Virus genome (UHGV): UHGV-0366526
Source of the DNA: a virus
DNA length: 37,294 nt
Strand: one strand, 5' to 3'
Shown: in pieces, positions 23,527 to 32,268 of the stretch
Numbering within the stretch: the first letter of the stretch is position 1
Layout: each line of letters begins with the position of its first letter
The notes under the pieces: generated by a model
The model's input: only the letters and a program-made list of their open reading frames with translations
Databases searched by the model: none
What the model was told of the DNA's origin: nothing
Translations under genes and position numbers: made by a program

Positions 23527-23862
23527 ATGAACGATAAAATTCAAAAAATGATTAAGAAACTAGCAAAAGAATGCCAGAAAGAGGATATAGGTTTATCTTT
23601 GGCCACTATCGATTCAGAAGGAGAATTGGCAATGGCTCAAGTTGGAGAAGATGCGATGGTAGCTATTGCTGCACATAGCCAATATACAGTAGTAAAAGAA
23701 GAACTAGCTGAATTAGATTGTGATTGTCCAATGCATCGTCACTTGAAAGAAATGTACGGTATTGAAACAGAAACTACAGCTAAAAATAAACATACTTTTG
23801 TAACAGATGATCCAAACGATTTGATAGATATATTATCGAAAATTTCTCGAGGTGAGTTGTAA
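23527..23862 (+). CDS. Hypothetical protein (CDCPMHRH motif)
   Basis: 111-aa ORF with RBS AGGAGagtataccaaaATG. Confidence 0.4.
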   Translation: MNDKIQKMIKKLAKECQKEDIGLSLATIDSEGELAMAQVGEDAMVAIAAHSQYTVVKEELAELDCDCPMHRHLKEMYGIETETTAKNKHTFVTDDPNDLIDILSKISRGEL

Positions 23863-24089
23863 TGATTGAAGTAAGAGGTTTGGGTAACGACATTTACGAA
23901 TTAATGTTAGCAAACGCACAGAATAACATTATTCAATCTGTTCGGACATCTGCATCTTATGGCAATACAAGTTGTGTGGTAAGCAGTAAAGGAGCTACAA
24001 AACCATTTTTAGATCAATTACAAATGCAAGGTGTCGATTATATCGAATTGGAAGATGAAAAAATAAAACTATTTTGGGAGGGATTGTAA
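23862..24089 (+). CDS. Hypothetical protein
   Basis: 75-aa ORF with ATGA coupling. Confidence 0.35.
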   Translation: MIEVRGLGNDIYELMLANAQNNIIQSVRTSASYGNTSCVVSSKGATKPFLDQLQMQGVDYIELEDEKIKLFWEGL

Positions 24090-24190
24090 TGCCTGAATTT
24101 GATTCGCTAGGGGCAAGACAAGAGCCACCCGAAGAAAAAGAAGTATTAGAGCCGATGTGGGAATACGATGAGGAGGAAGACGAAAGATGA
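24089..24190 (+). CDS. Candidate small acidic peptide (33 aa, not in ORF track)
   Basis: ATG overlaps the upstream stop (TAATG). Peptide MPEFDSLGARQEPPEEKEVLEPMWEYDEEEDER. Its stop overlaps the YqaJ start (ATGA). Confidence 0.25.
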   Translation: MPEFDSLGARQEPPEEKEVLEPMWEYDEEEDER

Positions 24191-25128
24191 TTCAATCTAC
24201 TTTATCCATGAGCCACCAAGAATGGCTTGAGGATAGGCGTAAAGGAATTGGAGGATCAGACGTTGCAACAATCTTAGGCTTGAATCAATATAAATCAGCT
24301 TATCAATTATGGCTAGAGAAAACAGGTCAAGTTGAGCTGAAAGATACAGAAAGCGAGCCAGCCTATTGGGGGAATGTTTTAGAAGAAGTTGTTGCGAAAG
24401 AGTTCCAAGAAAGAACAGGAAAAAAAGTTCGTCGTAGAAATCAAGTCTTCGAACATTCGCTCCATCCTTTTTTAAGAGCAAATATTGATAGAGAAGTGGT
24501 TAGAGAAAATGCCATTCTAGAATGCAAAACTGCAAATCAATTTTTAGCGAAAGAATGGGCAGGAGACGAAGTGCCATTGAGTTATCTTTGCCAAGTTCAG
24601 CATTATATGAATGTTTTGAATAAAGACTATTGTTATATTGCAGTTTTAATTGGTGGTCAGAAATTTATTTGGAAACGAGTAGAACGTGATCAGGAATTAA
24701 TCGATGTACTGACCGAGCAATTAGTTGATTTTTGGGAAAATAACGTAATCAAAGGCGTTGAACCTATTATTGACGGAAGTAAGGCAACAGCTGACTTTTT
24801 AAAGGATAAGTATAGCGACATAGAAGAAACGCAAACTACTTTACCTGCTTCGTTTGACGAATTGATAGATCAAAAAAATGAAATGAAGAAAACCAAAAAA
24901 GAGTTGGATGTAGCTATTAGAAAAATTGAAAATGAAATAAAAAGTGAATTGGGAAAAAGAAATGCAAGTATTGGTATTACCAAAAAACATATTGTTGAGT
25001 GGAAGGAAATACCTACTAAAAGATTGAACAGTAAAAAGTTTGCTGAAAAATATCCTCAAATTGCAGAAGATGAAGAAATATATATGGTTACTACGCCACG
25101 AAGATTAATAGAAAAGGAGATTGAGTAA
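24187..25128 (+). CDS. YqaJ-type viral recombinase exonuclease (lambda Exo-like PD-(D/E)XK)
   Basis: N-terminus SHQEWLEDRRKGIGGSDVATILGLNQYKSAYQLWLEKTG is typical of YqaJ. Paired with RecT downstream. Confidence 0.8.
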   Translation: MIQSTLSMSHQEWLEDRRKGIGGSDVATILGLNQYKSAYQLWLEKTGQVELKDTESEPAYWGNVLEEVVAKEFQERTGKKVRRRNQVFEHSLHPFLRANIDREVVRENAILECKTANQFLAKEWAGDEVPLSYLCQVQHYMNVLNKDYCYIAVLIGGQKFIWKRVERDQELIDVLTEQLVDFWENNVIKGVEPIIDGSKATADFLKDKYSDIEETQTTLPASFDELIDQKNEMKKTKKELDVAIRKIENEIKSELGKRNASIGITKKHIVEWKEIPTKRLNSKKFAEKYPQIAEDEEIYMVTTPRRLIEKEIE

Positions 25129-25224
25129 ATGTGTAAAGTATGCCCAAGATGCAAAAGTAAAGTAAGAGATAAAAATTGGAAGTATTGTTCCATTTGTGGT
25201 TTGAAATTGAAGGAGGAAAAATAA
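25129..25224 (+). CDS. Candidate zinc-ribbon peptide (31 aa, not in ORF track)
   Basis: MCKVCPRCKSKVRDKNWKYCSICGLKLKEEK has two CxxC pairs. Its start directly follows the YqaJ stop and it ends 2 nt before the RecT ATG. Confidence 0.3.
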   Translation: MCKVCPRCKSKVRDKNWKYCSICGLKLKEEK

Positions 25225-25226
25225 TA

Positions 25227-26117
25227 ATGGCAACAAACGAAACCTTAAAAAATCAATTATCACAACAAAATCAAAAACAAGTTCCTGCGAATCAATTAGG
25301 TTTAAAAGGATTAATGAATACTCCTACTATGAAGCGGAAATTTGAGGAAGTTCTTCATGAAAATGCTAATGCTTTTATGTCAAATGTCATGACCTTAGTT
25401 TCTAATGATAGCTACTTGGCAGAAAGCGAGCCAATGTCTATCTTAAGCGGGGCTTTAACAGCTGCTACATTAAATTTAGGATTAGATAAAAATCTAGGTT
25501 ATGCCTATCTCGTACCATTTAATACTAAAAATAAGCAGACTGGCAAATGGGAGAGGAAAGCCCAATTTATTTTAGGATATAAAGGGTATATTCAATTGGC
25601 TCAACGGTCAGGTAAATATAAAGCATTAAATGTTATTGAAGTTTACGAAGGAGAGTTACTGAGTTGGAACAGGTTAACGGAAGAATTTGAATTTGATCCA
25701 AACGGTAGACAATCAGATGATGTAATCGGATATGTTGGATATTTTGAACTATTAAATGGATTCAAGAAAACTGTTTATTGGACCAAACAAGAAATTGAAG
25801 CTCATCGAATCGCAAATAGCAAAGACAAAGAAAAAACAAAATTGAGCGGTGTCTGGGCTACAGATTATAATGCGATGGCTCGTAAAACAGTATTAAGAAA
25901 TATGTTATCAAAATGGGGAATTTTATCTATCGAAATGCAAGAAGCGACAACTTCAGATGAAAAAGTTCAACAAATGCAAGAAGATGGAAATATTATTTCT
26001 GAAACGGAAGTAGAAGAAAATACTACGATGAAAACAGCAGAAATAATTAATGAAGCTGATTCAGATTCATTGAATCAAACAGATTTATTTGATACTAAAA
26101 ATCCACCATTAGAGTAA
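25227..26117 (+). CDS. recT: RecT-family single-strand annealing protein
   Basis: ATG 25227 lies after GGAGGA (track start 25176). Product is about 296 aa and follows YqaJ. Confidence 0.8.
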   Translation: MATNETLKNQLSQQNQKQVPANQLGLKGLMNTPTMKRKFEEVLHENANAFMSNVMTLVSNDSYLAESEPMSILSGALTAATLNLGLDKNLGYAYLVPFNTKNKQTGKWERKAQFILGYKGYIQLAQRSGKYKALNVIEVYEGELLSWNRLTEEFEFDPNGRQSDDVIGYVGYFELLNGFKKTVYWTKQEIEAHRIANSKDKEKTKLSGVWATDYNAMARKTVLRNMLSKWGILSIEMQEATTSDEKVQQMQEDGNIISETEVEENTTMKTAEIINEADSDSLNQTDLFDTKNPPLE

Positions 26118-26130
26118 AGAAGGAGATGTA

Positions 26131-27093
26131 ATGGCAAGACCTGCAAAAGAAGGTTTGGATTATTTTCCTCTTGATGTTGGAATTTTTGAAGACGAAAAAA
26201 TAGAAGCTATTGCTGGGGAATTTGGTATTAAAGGAGAACTTGCGGTAATCAAACTGCTTTGTGCGATATACAAAAAAGGATATTTCATTTTGTGGGATGA
26301 TTTATCGCAAGCAACTCTTTTAAAACGCCTGCCTGGAGTAAGTAAGGAAATGCTCAATCAAATAGTGAACCGCTTAGTCTTATGGGGATTTTTTGATAAA
26401 GAACTGTTTGACTCGGTCAAGGTGCTTACGAGTGAGAATATCCAAGCGACATTTTTCGAAGCGACAAAAAGACGGAAAACACCAAAACCAACTAAATATA
26501 TAGTTAATGTCAACAGTAACTCTCAAAGTGAAACAGTTAATGCTGACATTAATACACAAAGTAAAGTAAAGGAAAGTAAAGTAAATAAAAGTAAAGTAAA
26601 CAAAAAAGAAACAGAAAGTAGCATCAATCCGTCGTCACCTGAAACGTCGGTTGAGAAAGCATTCTTTGAAGAGCCGTTAGGTGAAGAAAAACTAACGGAG
26701 TTAATCCGCTATTATTCACAGAATGTAAGTCCTGCTACTCCTGTTAATATCACTGATTTACAATATGATCTTGCTGATTTTGACGGAGATCTCGAGTTAT
26801 TGAAAGAGGCTGTTAATATCTGTGCTAGAAATAATGAACGAAGATATAGCTATTTTGCTGGTATTTTGAAAAATTGGCGAGCAAATGGTGTAAAAACATA
26901 TGCTGATTATCTAAATAACGAGAGAGAACGAGCAGATAAAAAAACACAAAATAAGCAATATCAAAATAAACCTGTTCGGCAAGAAAAGGTGCCTGAATGG
27001 ATGAATCAAGCGAACGGTGAAGAAGAAAAGCTATCACCAGAAGAGCAAGCTGAATTTGAAAGACAAATGCAAGAATTGTTGGGAGGAGAGTAA
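26131..27093 (+). CDS. Replisome organiser (phage replication protein N-domain plus DnaD-like C-domain)
   Basis: N-terminal MARPAKEGLDYFPLDVGIFEDEKIEAIAGEFG. C-terminal DnaD-like YFAGILKNWRANGVKT. Contains internal DNA iterons at 26558-26600. Confidence 0.75.
   Translation: MARPAKEGLDYFPLDVGIFEDEKIEAIAGEFGIKGELAVIKLLCAIYKKGYFILWDDLSQATLLKRLPGVSKEMLNQIVNRLVLWGFFDKELFDSVKVLTSENIQATFFEATKRRKTPKPTKYIVNVNSNSQSETVNADINTQSKVKESKVNKSKVNKKETESSINPSSPETSVEKAFFEEPLGEEKLTELIRYYSQNVSPATPVNITDLQYDLADFDGDLELLKEAVNICARNNERRYSYFAGILKNWRANGVKTYADYLNNERERADKKTQNKQYQNKPVRQEKVPEWMNQANGEEEKLSPEEQAEFERQMQELLGGE
26558..26600. repeat. Three direct repeats AAAGTAAAGTAAA, 15-bp period (candidate origin iterons)
   Basis: Copies at 26558-26570, 26573-26585 and 26588-26600 inside the replisome-organiser gene (they encode SKVKESKVNKSKVNK). 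Confidence 0.45.
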
Positions 27094-27096
27094 ATC

Positions 27097-27399
27097 ATGA
27101 TTGAAATGAGAGTACTTGATTATCGAATTACTAGCGATGATAGGCAAGTAATCGTAAATAAAGCGAGACGAAATGAACACGGAGAGTTAACCATTTTGAC
27201 TGATAAAGACGGTACACAAAAAGAATCACTCGCTTTGATTGGTTATTATGGCAATTTAAATAAGGCTCTCGTCGCAATAGAACGCGATTATGTGCTTTCT
27301 AGTGGTAAAACAATACAAACAGTCAAAGAATACAAGAAAGAGCTAGAATCGATTCACAGCAAGCTAAAACGTGAATTAGATTTCGGGGAGGAATTTTAG
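27097..27399 (+). CDS. Hypothetical protein
   Basis: 100-aa ORF with ATGA coupling to the replisome organiser. Confidence 0.4.
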   Translation: MIEMRVLDYRITSDDRQVIVNKARRNEHGELTILTDKDGTQKESLALIGYYGNLNKALVAIERDYVLSSGKTIQTVKEYKKELESIHSKLKRELDFGEEF

Positions 27400-27699
27400 A
27401 TGAATGAATTAGTTAAATTAGTGGAAGAATGGGCGAAAGAAAAGCGTTTAGATAAAGCAGAGCCTGAAAAGCAAATGTTAAAAGTGATTGAGGAAGTCGG
27501 AGAAGTTGGCGCTGCATTGGCAAGAAACAACGAAAACGATTTAAGAGATGGTATTGGTGATGTAGTTGTGACGTTAATTATTCTCGCTATGCAAAATAAC
27601 ATGGACTTATACGAATGCTTAAATCAAGCATATAGCGAAATCAAAAATCGCCAAGGGGAAATGGTAAACGGAGTATTCGTCAAAGAAGCCGATTTGTAA
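27400..27699 (+). CDS. MazG-like nucleotide pyrophosphohydrolase
   Basis: EEVGEVGAALARNNENDLRDGIGDVVVTLIILA matches the MazG EExxE...D motif region. Confidence 0.7.
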   Translation: MNELVKLVEEWAKEKRLDKAEPEKQMLKVIEEVGEVGAALARNNENDLRDGIGDVVVTLIILAMQNNMDLYECLNQAYSEIKNRQGEMVNGVFVKEADL

Positions 27700-27716
27700 G
27701 GTTCGAGGTGGAAGAG

Positions 27717-28142
27717 ATGCGAATTATTTTGCCGATTGAACCTAAGCCACAAAGTCGCCCTAGGTTTGCAAGACGTGGGAATTATGTTCAAACGTACGAA
27801 GATCGAGCGATGAAAGAATACAAAAATCAAGTAAAAAATTATCTTCGTAAATCAAGAGCAAAGTTGATTGAAAAAGGGCCAATTTCCGCACATGTGACGT
27901 TTTACATCCATCCGCCTAAATCAGCTCTAAGCAATAAACAAAAGCGATTAAAGGTAAATATGGAGCGAATGTATTGTGATAAAAAGCCCGATTTGGACAA
28001 CTATTTCAAAGCAGTGACAGATGCTGCTGAAGGTATTTTATATAAAAATGATGGTCAAATTGCTGTGATGGTTTGCCAAAAACTGTATAGCATGCGACCA
28101 CGAACAGAAATTGAAATTATGAGTTTGGAGGAAAAGGAATGA
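27717..28142 (+). CDS. rusA: RusA-family Holliday-junction resolvase
   Basis: ATG 27717 lies 6 nt after GAGGTG (track GTG 27708). PKPQSRPRFARRGNYVQTY is the RusA N-terminal signature. Confidence 0.75.
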   Translation: MRIILPIEPKPQSRPRFARRGNYVQTYEDRAMKEYKNQVKNYLRKSRAKLIEKGPISAHVTFYIHPPKSALSNKQKRLKVNMERMYCDKKPDLDNYFKAVTDAAEGILYKNDGQIAVMVCQKLYSMRPRTEIEIMSLEEKE

Positions 28143-28279
28143 CGAAAAACAAACTCAGAGAAACAAAAAGAGCCATTCGTCAGAGAATTCTTTTTTTGAC
28201 TGGTGATGATGAATCATGGATGAATAATCCAGAAATCGTGGAAGAGGTCCAGAGATTAATCAAAACGACTGAATTCTAA
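28139..28279 (+). CDS. Small ORF (46 aa, not in ORF track), possibly N-terminal part of a frameshifted gene
   Basis: ATGA coupling to rusA. It ends at TAA 28277-28279 just after an A4 run (28262-28265). A long start-less open frame lies downstream in the +1 frame. Confidence 0.3.
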   Translation: MTKNKLRETKRAIRQRILFLTGDDESWMNNPEIVEEVQRLIKTTEF

Positions 28280-28493
28280 CCTTATAAACGATAAGCGACC
28301 ATTACCAAAATTAGAGCCTGACAAGCTGACGAAAGAAGAATATCAGCACTTATTAGACTTAGGTTATCAAGTAAACGATATTAAGAAAGCTCTCGGACTT
28401 GGAACAACCACATTTCAAAACTGGCGAAAGGCAAACGGCATAGAAAACATAATTAAGCGAAAAGAAAATAACAAAGTAGAGGAGACAAAACAC

Positions 28494-28901
28494 ATGAAAT
28501 TTAATTTAAATACAGCAACGTTACTTATTTCAGGAAATTTTGGAGTAAAAGCAGAGGAATGTTTAACGATCTCAAAAAGCGGTCTGGCTTTAAGTGGTCC
28601 AGTAGTTCAACGATTGAACAAACCAGAATGGGTCCAACTGTATTTAGACGAACAGAACAAAGCGTTATTTGTTTTACCATGTGTGGCAACTGCGGAAGGT
28701 GCAAGAAGTTGTGTAAGTCCTAAGGCAAATAAAAAAACGGGCTATCGAAAAAGCTGGAATGGTCATGTGTTAAAAAAAGCTGCCGAAGTTGGAGGCTTTA
28801 ACATTGAAACAGATGTTTACCATGTAAAACCAGAAGAAGTGGAAGGATATCCAAATGCTTTAGGATTTGATTTGACAAAGGCGGTCAAAGTGAATGGGTA
28901 A
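28494..28901 (+). CDS. Hypothetical protein
   Basis: 135-aa ORF with RBS GAGGAGacaaaacacATG. Its frame is open for 78 codons upstream (from 28260) with HTH-like translation but no ATG/GTG/TTG. Confidence 0.4.
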   Translation: MKFNLNTATLLISGNFGVKAEECLTISKSGLALSGPVVQRLNKPEWVQLYLDEQNKALFVLPCVATAEGARSCVSPKANKKTGYRKSWNGHVLKKAAEVGGFNIETDVYHVKPEEVEGYPNALGFDLTKAVKVNG

Positions 28902-29127
28902 AACTAAATCTAAAATCAAAAAGAAAAAACGTAGATTAAAAGAAAAAGCTATTGCAAATGGCACATACAGTAAGCGAGGGAAAAGTGATGGTATGTATAA
29001 AATGCAAGGGACAGATGATTGTCTGGGAAAAAGATAGATTCGGTCATTCAAAAGCAACTTCTTGTCCGTTATGCAACAAAAGTGGGCAGAATGTTGCGAA
29101 AAAGTTAGCTGAAATAAAGAAGAAATA
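28894..29127 (+). CDS. Basic zinc-ribbon protein (77 aa, not in ORF track)
   Basis: MGKTKSKIKKKKRRLKEK...CIKCKGQM...CPLCNK: a Lys-rich N-terminus plus CxxC...CxxC. It overlaps the upstream stop by 8 nt. The antisense 138-aa ORF in the track is F/L-rich junk. Confidence 0.4.
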
Positions 29128-29180
29128 AATGAAAGGAGTGGAGGTTTGGTCGACCACAAAGAATTCTTTACTCCTTTGGA

Positions 29181-29648
29181 ATGATGAAAAAAATACTTGA
29201 TGTATGCTGTGGTAGCAGAATGTTTTGGTTTGATAAGCAAAACGACCAAGTTTTGTTTATGGATAACAGAAAGCATTACGAAAAATTAGACAGTGGGCAT
29301 GTTATCGATGTTAATCCTAATCTAGTTGCAGATTTTAGAAAGATGCCTTTTGAAGATAACTCGTTTTATCATGTTGTATTTGATCCTCCGCATTTATTGA
29401 GGTGTGGTAATAACAGCTGGTTGGCTAAAAAATATGGCAAGCTAAACGAGAAAACTTGGAAAGAAGATATACAAAAAGGTTTTCATGAGTGTATGAGGGT
29501 TTTGAAGCCCAATGGGACGTTAGTTTTTAAATGGAACGAGGAACAAATCAAGTTATCTGAAATATTAAGCACAATTGATTGTGAGCCATTGTACGGCAAT
29601 AAAAGAGCAAAAACACATTGGTTAGTATTTATGAAAGCGAGTGAATAA
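29181..29648 (+). CDS. Small SAM-dependent methyltransferase (putative DNA MTase; motif I LDVCCGSRMF, motif IV-like VFDPPH)
   Basis: 155-aa ORF. An alternative TTG start at 29145 lies 7 nt after AAGGAG. No adjacent restriction-enzyme candidate. Confidence 0.5.
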   Translation: MMKKILDVCCGSRMFWFDKQNDQVLFMDNRKHYEKLDSGHVIDVNPNLVADFRKMPFEDNSFYHVVFDPPHLLRCGNNSWLAKKYGKLNEKTWKEDIQKGFHECMRVLKPNGTLVFKWNEEQIKLSEILSTIDCEPLYGNKRAKTHWLVFMKASE

Positions 29649-29649
29649 G

Positions 29650-29970
29650 ATGAATGAGCAAATAAATTTGCTTGAGTTAGATAATGATAAACTTTGGCAA
29701 TTTTATGGGCATTATTGTAATGACGATTGGTCCGCTAAGACAGAGACCGTGAATGGTGATGCTGATATAGTGCTAGGTTTTAGAGTTAAACTATCGAAAA
29801 ATGAGCTGAGAAAAATATGCAGAGATGCCATTGAAATAAGCAGAATTAAGTATGGATATTCTGTCAGGTTTTTAACAAATAATGTAAAGAAAGAGCTGTT
29901 CGTTCGTTTTGACAACTACACCACTAGTAAAAAAAGAGATGTCTTTGAACATATAAATTTATATTTTTAA
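29650..29970 (+). CDS. Hypothetical protein
   Basis: Track start is GTG 29641. ATG at 29650 follows the MTase stop. Confidence 0.4.
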   Translation: MNEQINLLELDNDKLWQFYGHYCNDDWSAKTETVNGDADIVLGFRVKLSKNELRKICRDAIEISRIKYGYSVRFLTNNVKKELFVRFDNYTTSKKRDVFEHINLYF

Positions 29971-29990
29971 GCGGAAAGAGAGTAAAGAAG

Positions 29991-30359
29991 ATGATCCCAA
30001 AATTTAGAGCAAGAGATCAAAGAGGTAACTGGCATATTGGACTTCTAACTTTTATGTTTGGCCAGTATGCCATCGTAAATGAATCAGATGAAAATTCGGT
30101 TTATCTGATTGATAAGGAAACAGTCGGACAATCAACAGGGTTGAAAGACAAGAACGGCGTTGAAATTTTTGAGGGTGATGTATTATATTATGATCCTTTC
30201 AAAACACATATGAATGATAGCATTGTTGTATTTGAAAAAGGTTCATTCTGCAAAAAAACGATAAGAAATGGAAAATTAACATCTGTTAGATTCATTGACA
30301 GCGAAGAATATGAAGTTATCAGAAATGTTTGGGAGGACAGATGGAACTATGGCGATTAA
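29991..30359 (+). CDS. YopX-family protein
   Basis: MIPKFRARDQRGNWHIG...GLKDKNGVEIFEGDVL is the YopX pattern. Confidence 0.6.
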   Translation: MIPKFRARDQRGNWHIGLLTFMFGQYAIVNESDENSVYLIDKETVGQSTGLKDKNGVEIFEGDVLYYDPFKTHMNDSIVVFEKGSFCKKTIRNGKLTSVRFIDSEEYEVIRNVWEDRWNYGD

Positions 30360-30657
30360 AGGAAGAAGCAAGTTTGACTTTGAAGTGTTTAAAGGGGATT
30401 TCAATAATTGGATGGGCTTCAATAAACAAAAATATACCAGGGAACAAGCAATAGATGAATGGCGGTCAGAACTAATGCTTGACGAAAATACACCTTATAT
30501 CATAGAAGATGCATTTGTTAGATATCGTTTCGGAGTAGACGAAGACAATGAGAACCGTAGTTGCTGGTGGTTAGAATGGCGAGATTGTGGTCATAGGTCT
30601 GTACCTGTCTGGTCCATTAGAACGCCTTTTCCGTGGGAATTGGAGGGAACAGAATGA
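30349..30657 (+). CDS. Hypothetical protein
   Basis: Internal ATG 30349 (MAIKGRSK...) overlaps the YopX stop. The track start 30295 would overlap YopX by 65 nt. Confidence 0.4.
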   Translation: MAIKGRSKFDFEVFKGDFNNWMGFNKQKYTREQAIDEWRSELMLDENTPYIIEDAFVRYRFGVDEDNENRSCWWLEWRDCGHRSVPVWSIRTPFPWELEGTE

Positions 30658-31013
30658 GTACAGGGCGATTAGTAATTAATGGCAAAACGTGGGGCGAATT
30701 TGAGTCAGCTAAACGTATTAAAGGCCATATTGTCATAAGTGGCTATGAATCGTATGGTGGATGTCACACTGTTAGAGGAATCAAACAACAAAAACTCAAC
30801 GAAAATCAGCAGATTGTGCTTGATTGGTTGAAAGAATCATGCAAATTATACGGATTACGTGAAGTTATTGAAATCATGGGATTTTTATCAACTACTGGTG
30901 GAAAAATGAAGTATAAGCAAGTAGCTTATGCATATGGTGACTTAAATGATGATGAATTGAAGCATGTCTTACAAGCGTTTAGCCGGTGGGCTATTGAACA
31001 GGAGGAAGGATAA
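30654..31013 (+). CDS. Hypothetical protein
   Basis: ATG 30654 lies 6 nt after GGAGGG (track start 30633). Confidence 0.4.
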   Translation: MSTGRLVINGKTWGEFESAKRIKGHIVISGYESYGGCHTVRGIKQQKLNENQQIVLDWLKESCKLYGLREVIEIMGFLSTTGGKMKYKQVAYAYGDLNDDELKHVLQAFSRWAIEQEEG

Positions 31014-31150
31014 TGGGAGAAATTGCAGAAATGATGTTGGAAGGTGTCTTATGTGCAAGTTGTGGAGTATTCCTTGATGTAGATGGGAATGGGTATCCTG
31101 AATATTGTGAAGATTGCCAAGAACAAATAATCGAGGAGGACCATCGATGA
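31013..31150 (+). CDS. Candidate zinc-ribbon peptide (45 aa, not in ORF track)
   Basis: RBS CAGGAGGAAGGAtaATG. MGEIAEMMLEGVLCASCGVFLDVDGNGYPEYCEDCQEQ has two CxxC pairs. ATGA-coupled to the next gene. Confidence 0.3.
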   Translation: MGEIAEMMLEGVLCASCGVFLDVDGNGYPEYCEDCQEQIIEEDHR

Positions 31151-31653
31151 TTAAACAAGAATTGATTGGTATTTTAGAAGGTTTAGAAGGTGATTCATTC
31201 ATCGAAAAGTACAACGAAGGATATGATCAAGCAGTTCGTGACTGTTTGATTGCAGTAAAACAACTTGACGAATCGAAAAAAACTGTATTGCCCAAAAAGG
31301 CCGATGACTTTATCAAAGAAGGCGAAGGCCTAGGTTCTGATAAAGTTGATATTATTGATTCAGCAATTTCTTTCGCAAGAGCAATGCCAAATGATGAATT
31401 TTCTTTGTGGTTTAAGTCGAATAGAAATTTATTTGTTAATGCATTAGCTAACGGCTACGAAGTCGAGAAGGAACCATTATATCATGTTTTATTACCAGAC
31501 AAAGGGGCGACTAACACAGGATATACTTTTTTAAATTTAACGGGAACAATTGATTTTACGATATGTAAGGAAAAGGTGGATATGTTAACAGAAAATCAAA
31601 TCAAAGCAATTGATGAGCGCTATTGGGCTTTTGCTGTGAAGGTGGAGGGATAA
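31147..31653 (+). CDS. Hypothetical phage protein (DUF1642-like by recall)
   Basis: ATG 31147 lies 7 nt after GAGGAGG (track start 31114 lacks an RBS). Product is 168 aa. Confidence 0.4.
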   Translation: MIKQELIGILEGLEGDSFIEKYNEGYDQAVRDCLIAVKQLDESKKTVLPKKADDFIKEGEGLGSDKVDIIDSAISFARAMPNDEFSLWFKSNRNLFVNALANGYEVEKEPLYHVLLPDKGATNTGYTFLNLTGTIDFTICKEKVDMLTENQIKAIDERYWAFAVKVEG

Positions 31654-31656
31654 TAA

Positions 31657-31857
31657 ATGGAAAAATCAAAAAGTTTGATCATATGGCTACCGACTGGTGA
31701 AACAATGAAGTTTGAAGATGTTAGGCATGTTGAAACAGTTACAACTGATTTAGAATGGGATGTTTTAAAATTTAATTATCTAGGTATTTCAACTGGAGTA
31801 AGACGAAATGTAGTATTTGAAATGAGTAAATTAATGGGATGGGCATTGGAAGAATAA
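31657..31857 (+). CDS. Hypothetical protein
   Basis: 66-aa ORF with RBS GGAGGGataataaATG. Confidence 0.35.
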   Translation: MEKSKSLIIWLPTGETMKFEDVRHVETVTTDLEWDVLKFNYLGISTGVRRNVVFEMSKLMGWALEE

Positions 31858-31860
31858 TAA

Positions 31861-32061
31861 ATGATCAAATTTAAAGAATTCAATACTCAACCTTACGATG
31901 TTCACATTACTAGATTTTTTGAAGATTTAAACAGAAACAACCCAGATGGTGTTTTTGAATATGTTGACTTGAAATGCGTTGATAGAAATTTAGTGATATT
32001 AGTTTACCGTCAAACTAATAGAAGCATACGTCAGCTCGGAAATGTACTTAAGGGAGGATAA
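31861..32061 (+). CDS. Hypothetical protein
   Basis: 66-aa ORF, closely packed. Confidence 0.35.
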   Translation: MIKFKEFNTQPYDVHITRFFEDLNRNNPDGVFEYVDLKCVDRNLVILVYRQTNRSIRQLGNVLKGG

Positions 32062-32064
32062 GCA

Positions 32065-32268
32065 ATGCTAAGTTATCCAGAAGTTTATATTTTAGGGCGA
32101 CAAGTCGATGACGTTTATGTTGAATACCTGCGCGGATCAGAGCAAGCCGATTTATTTTTCGATTATACGATAGCTCGTGATGAAAGAAATCATATGAATA
32201 AAACCAATACAAAAGATGGCGAATGGAGAATTTTAAAATATGGGAGGCCAAGTACATTGGAGTTTTAA
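32065..32268 (+). CDS. Hypothetical protein
   Basis: 67-aa ORF with RBS AAGGGAGGAtaagcaATG. Confidence 0.35.
   Translation: MLSYPEVYILGRQVDDVYVEYLRGSEQADLFFDYTIARDERNHMNKTNTKDGEWRILKYGRPSTLEF

Noticed and set aside
28860-29276. 138-aa minus-strand ORF
   Set aside because: It is antisense to the Lys-rich zinc-ribbon ORF 28894..29127 and the MTase start. Its F/L-rich translation is the mirror of poly-Lys codons, and it has no RBS.
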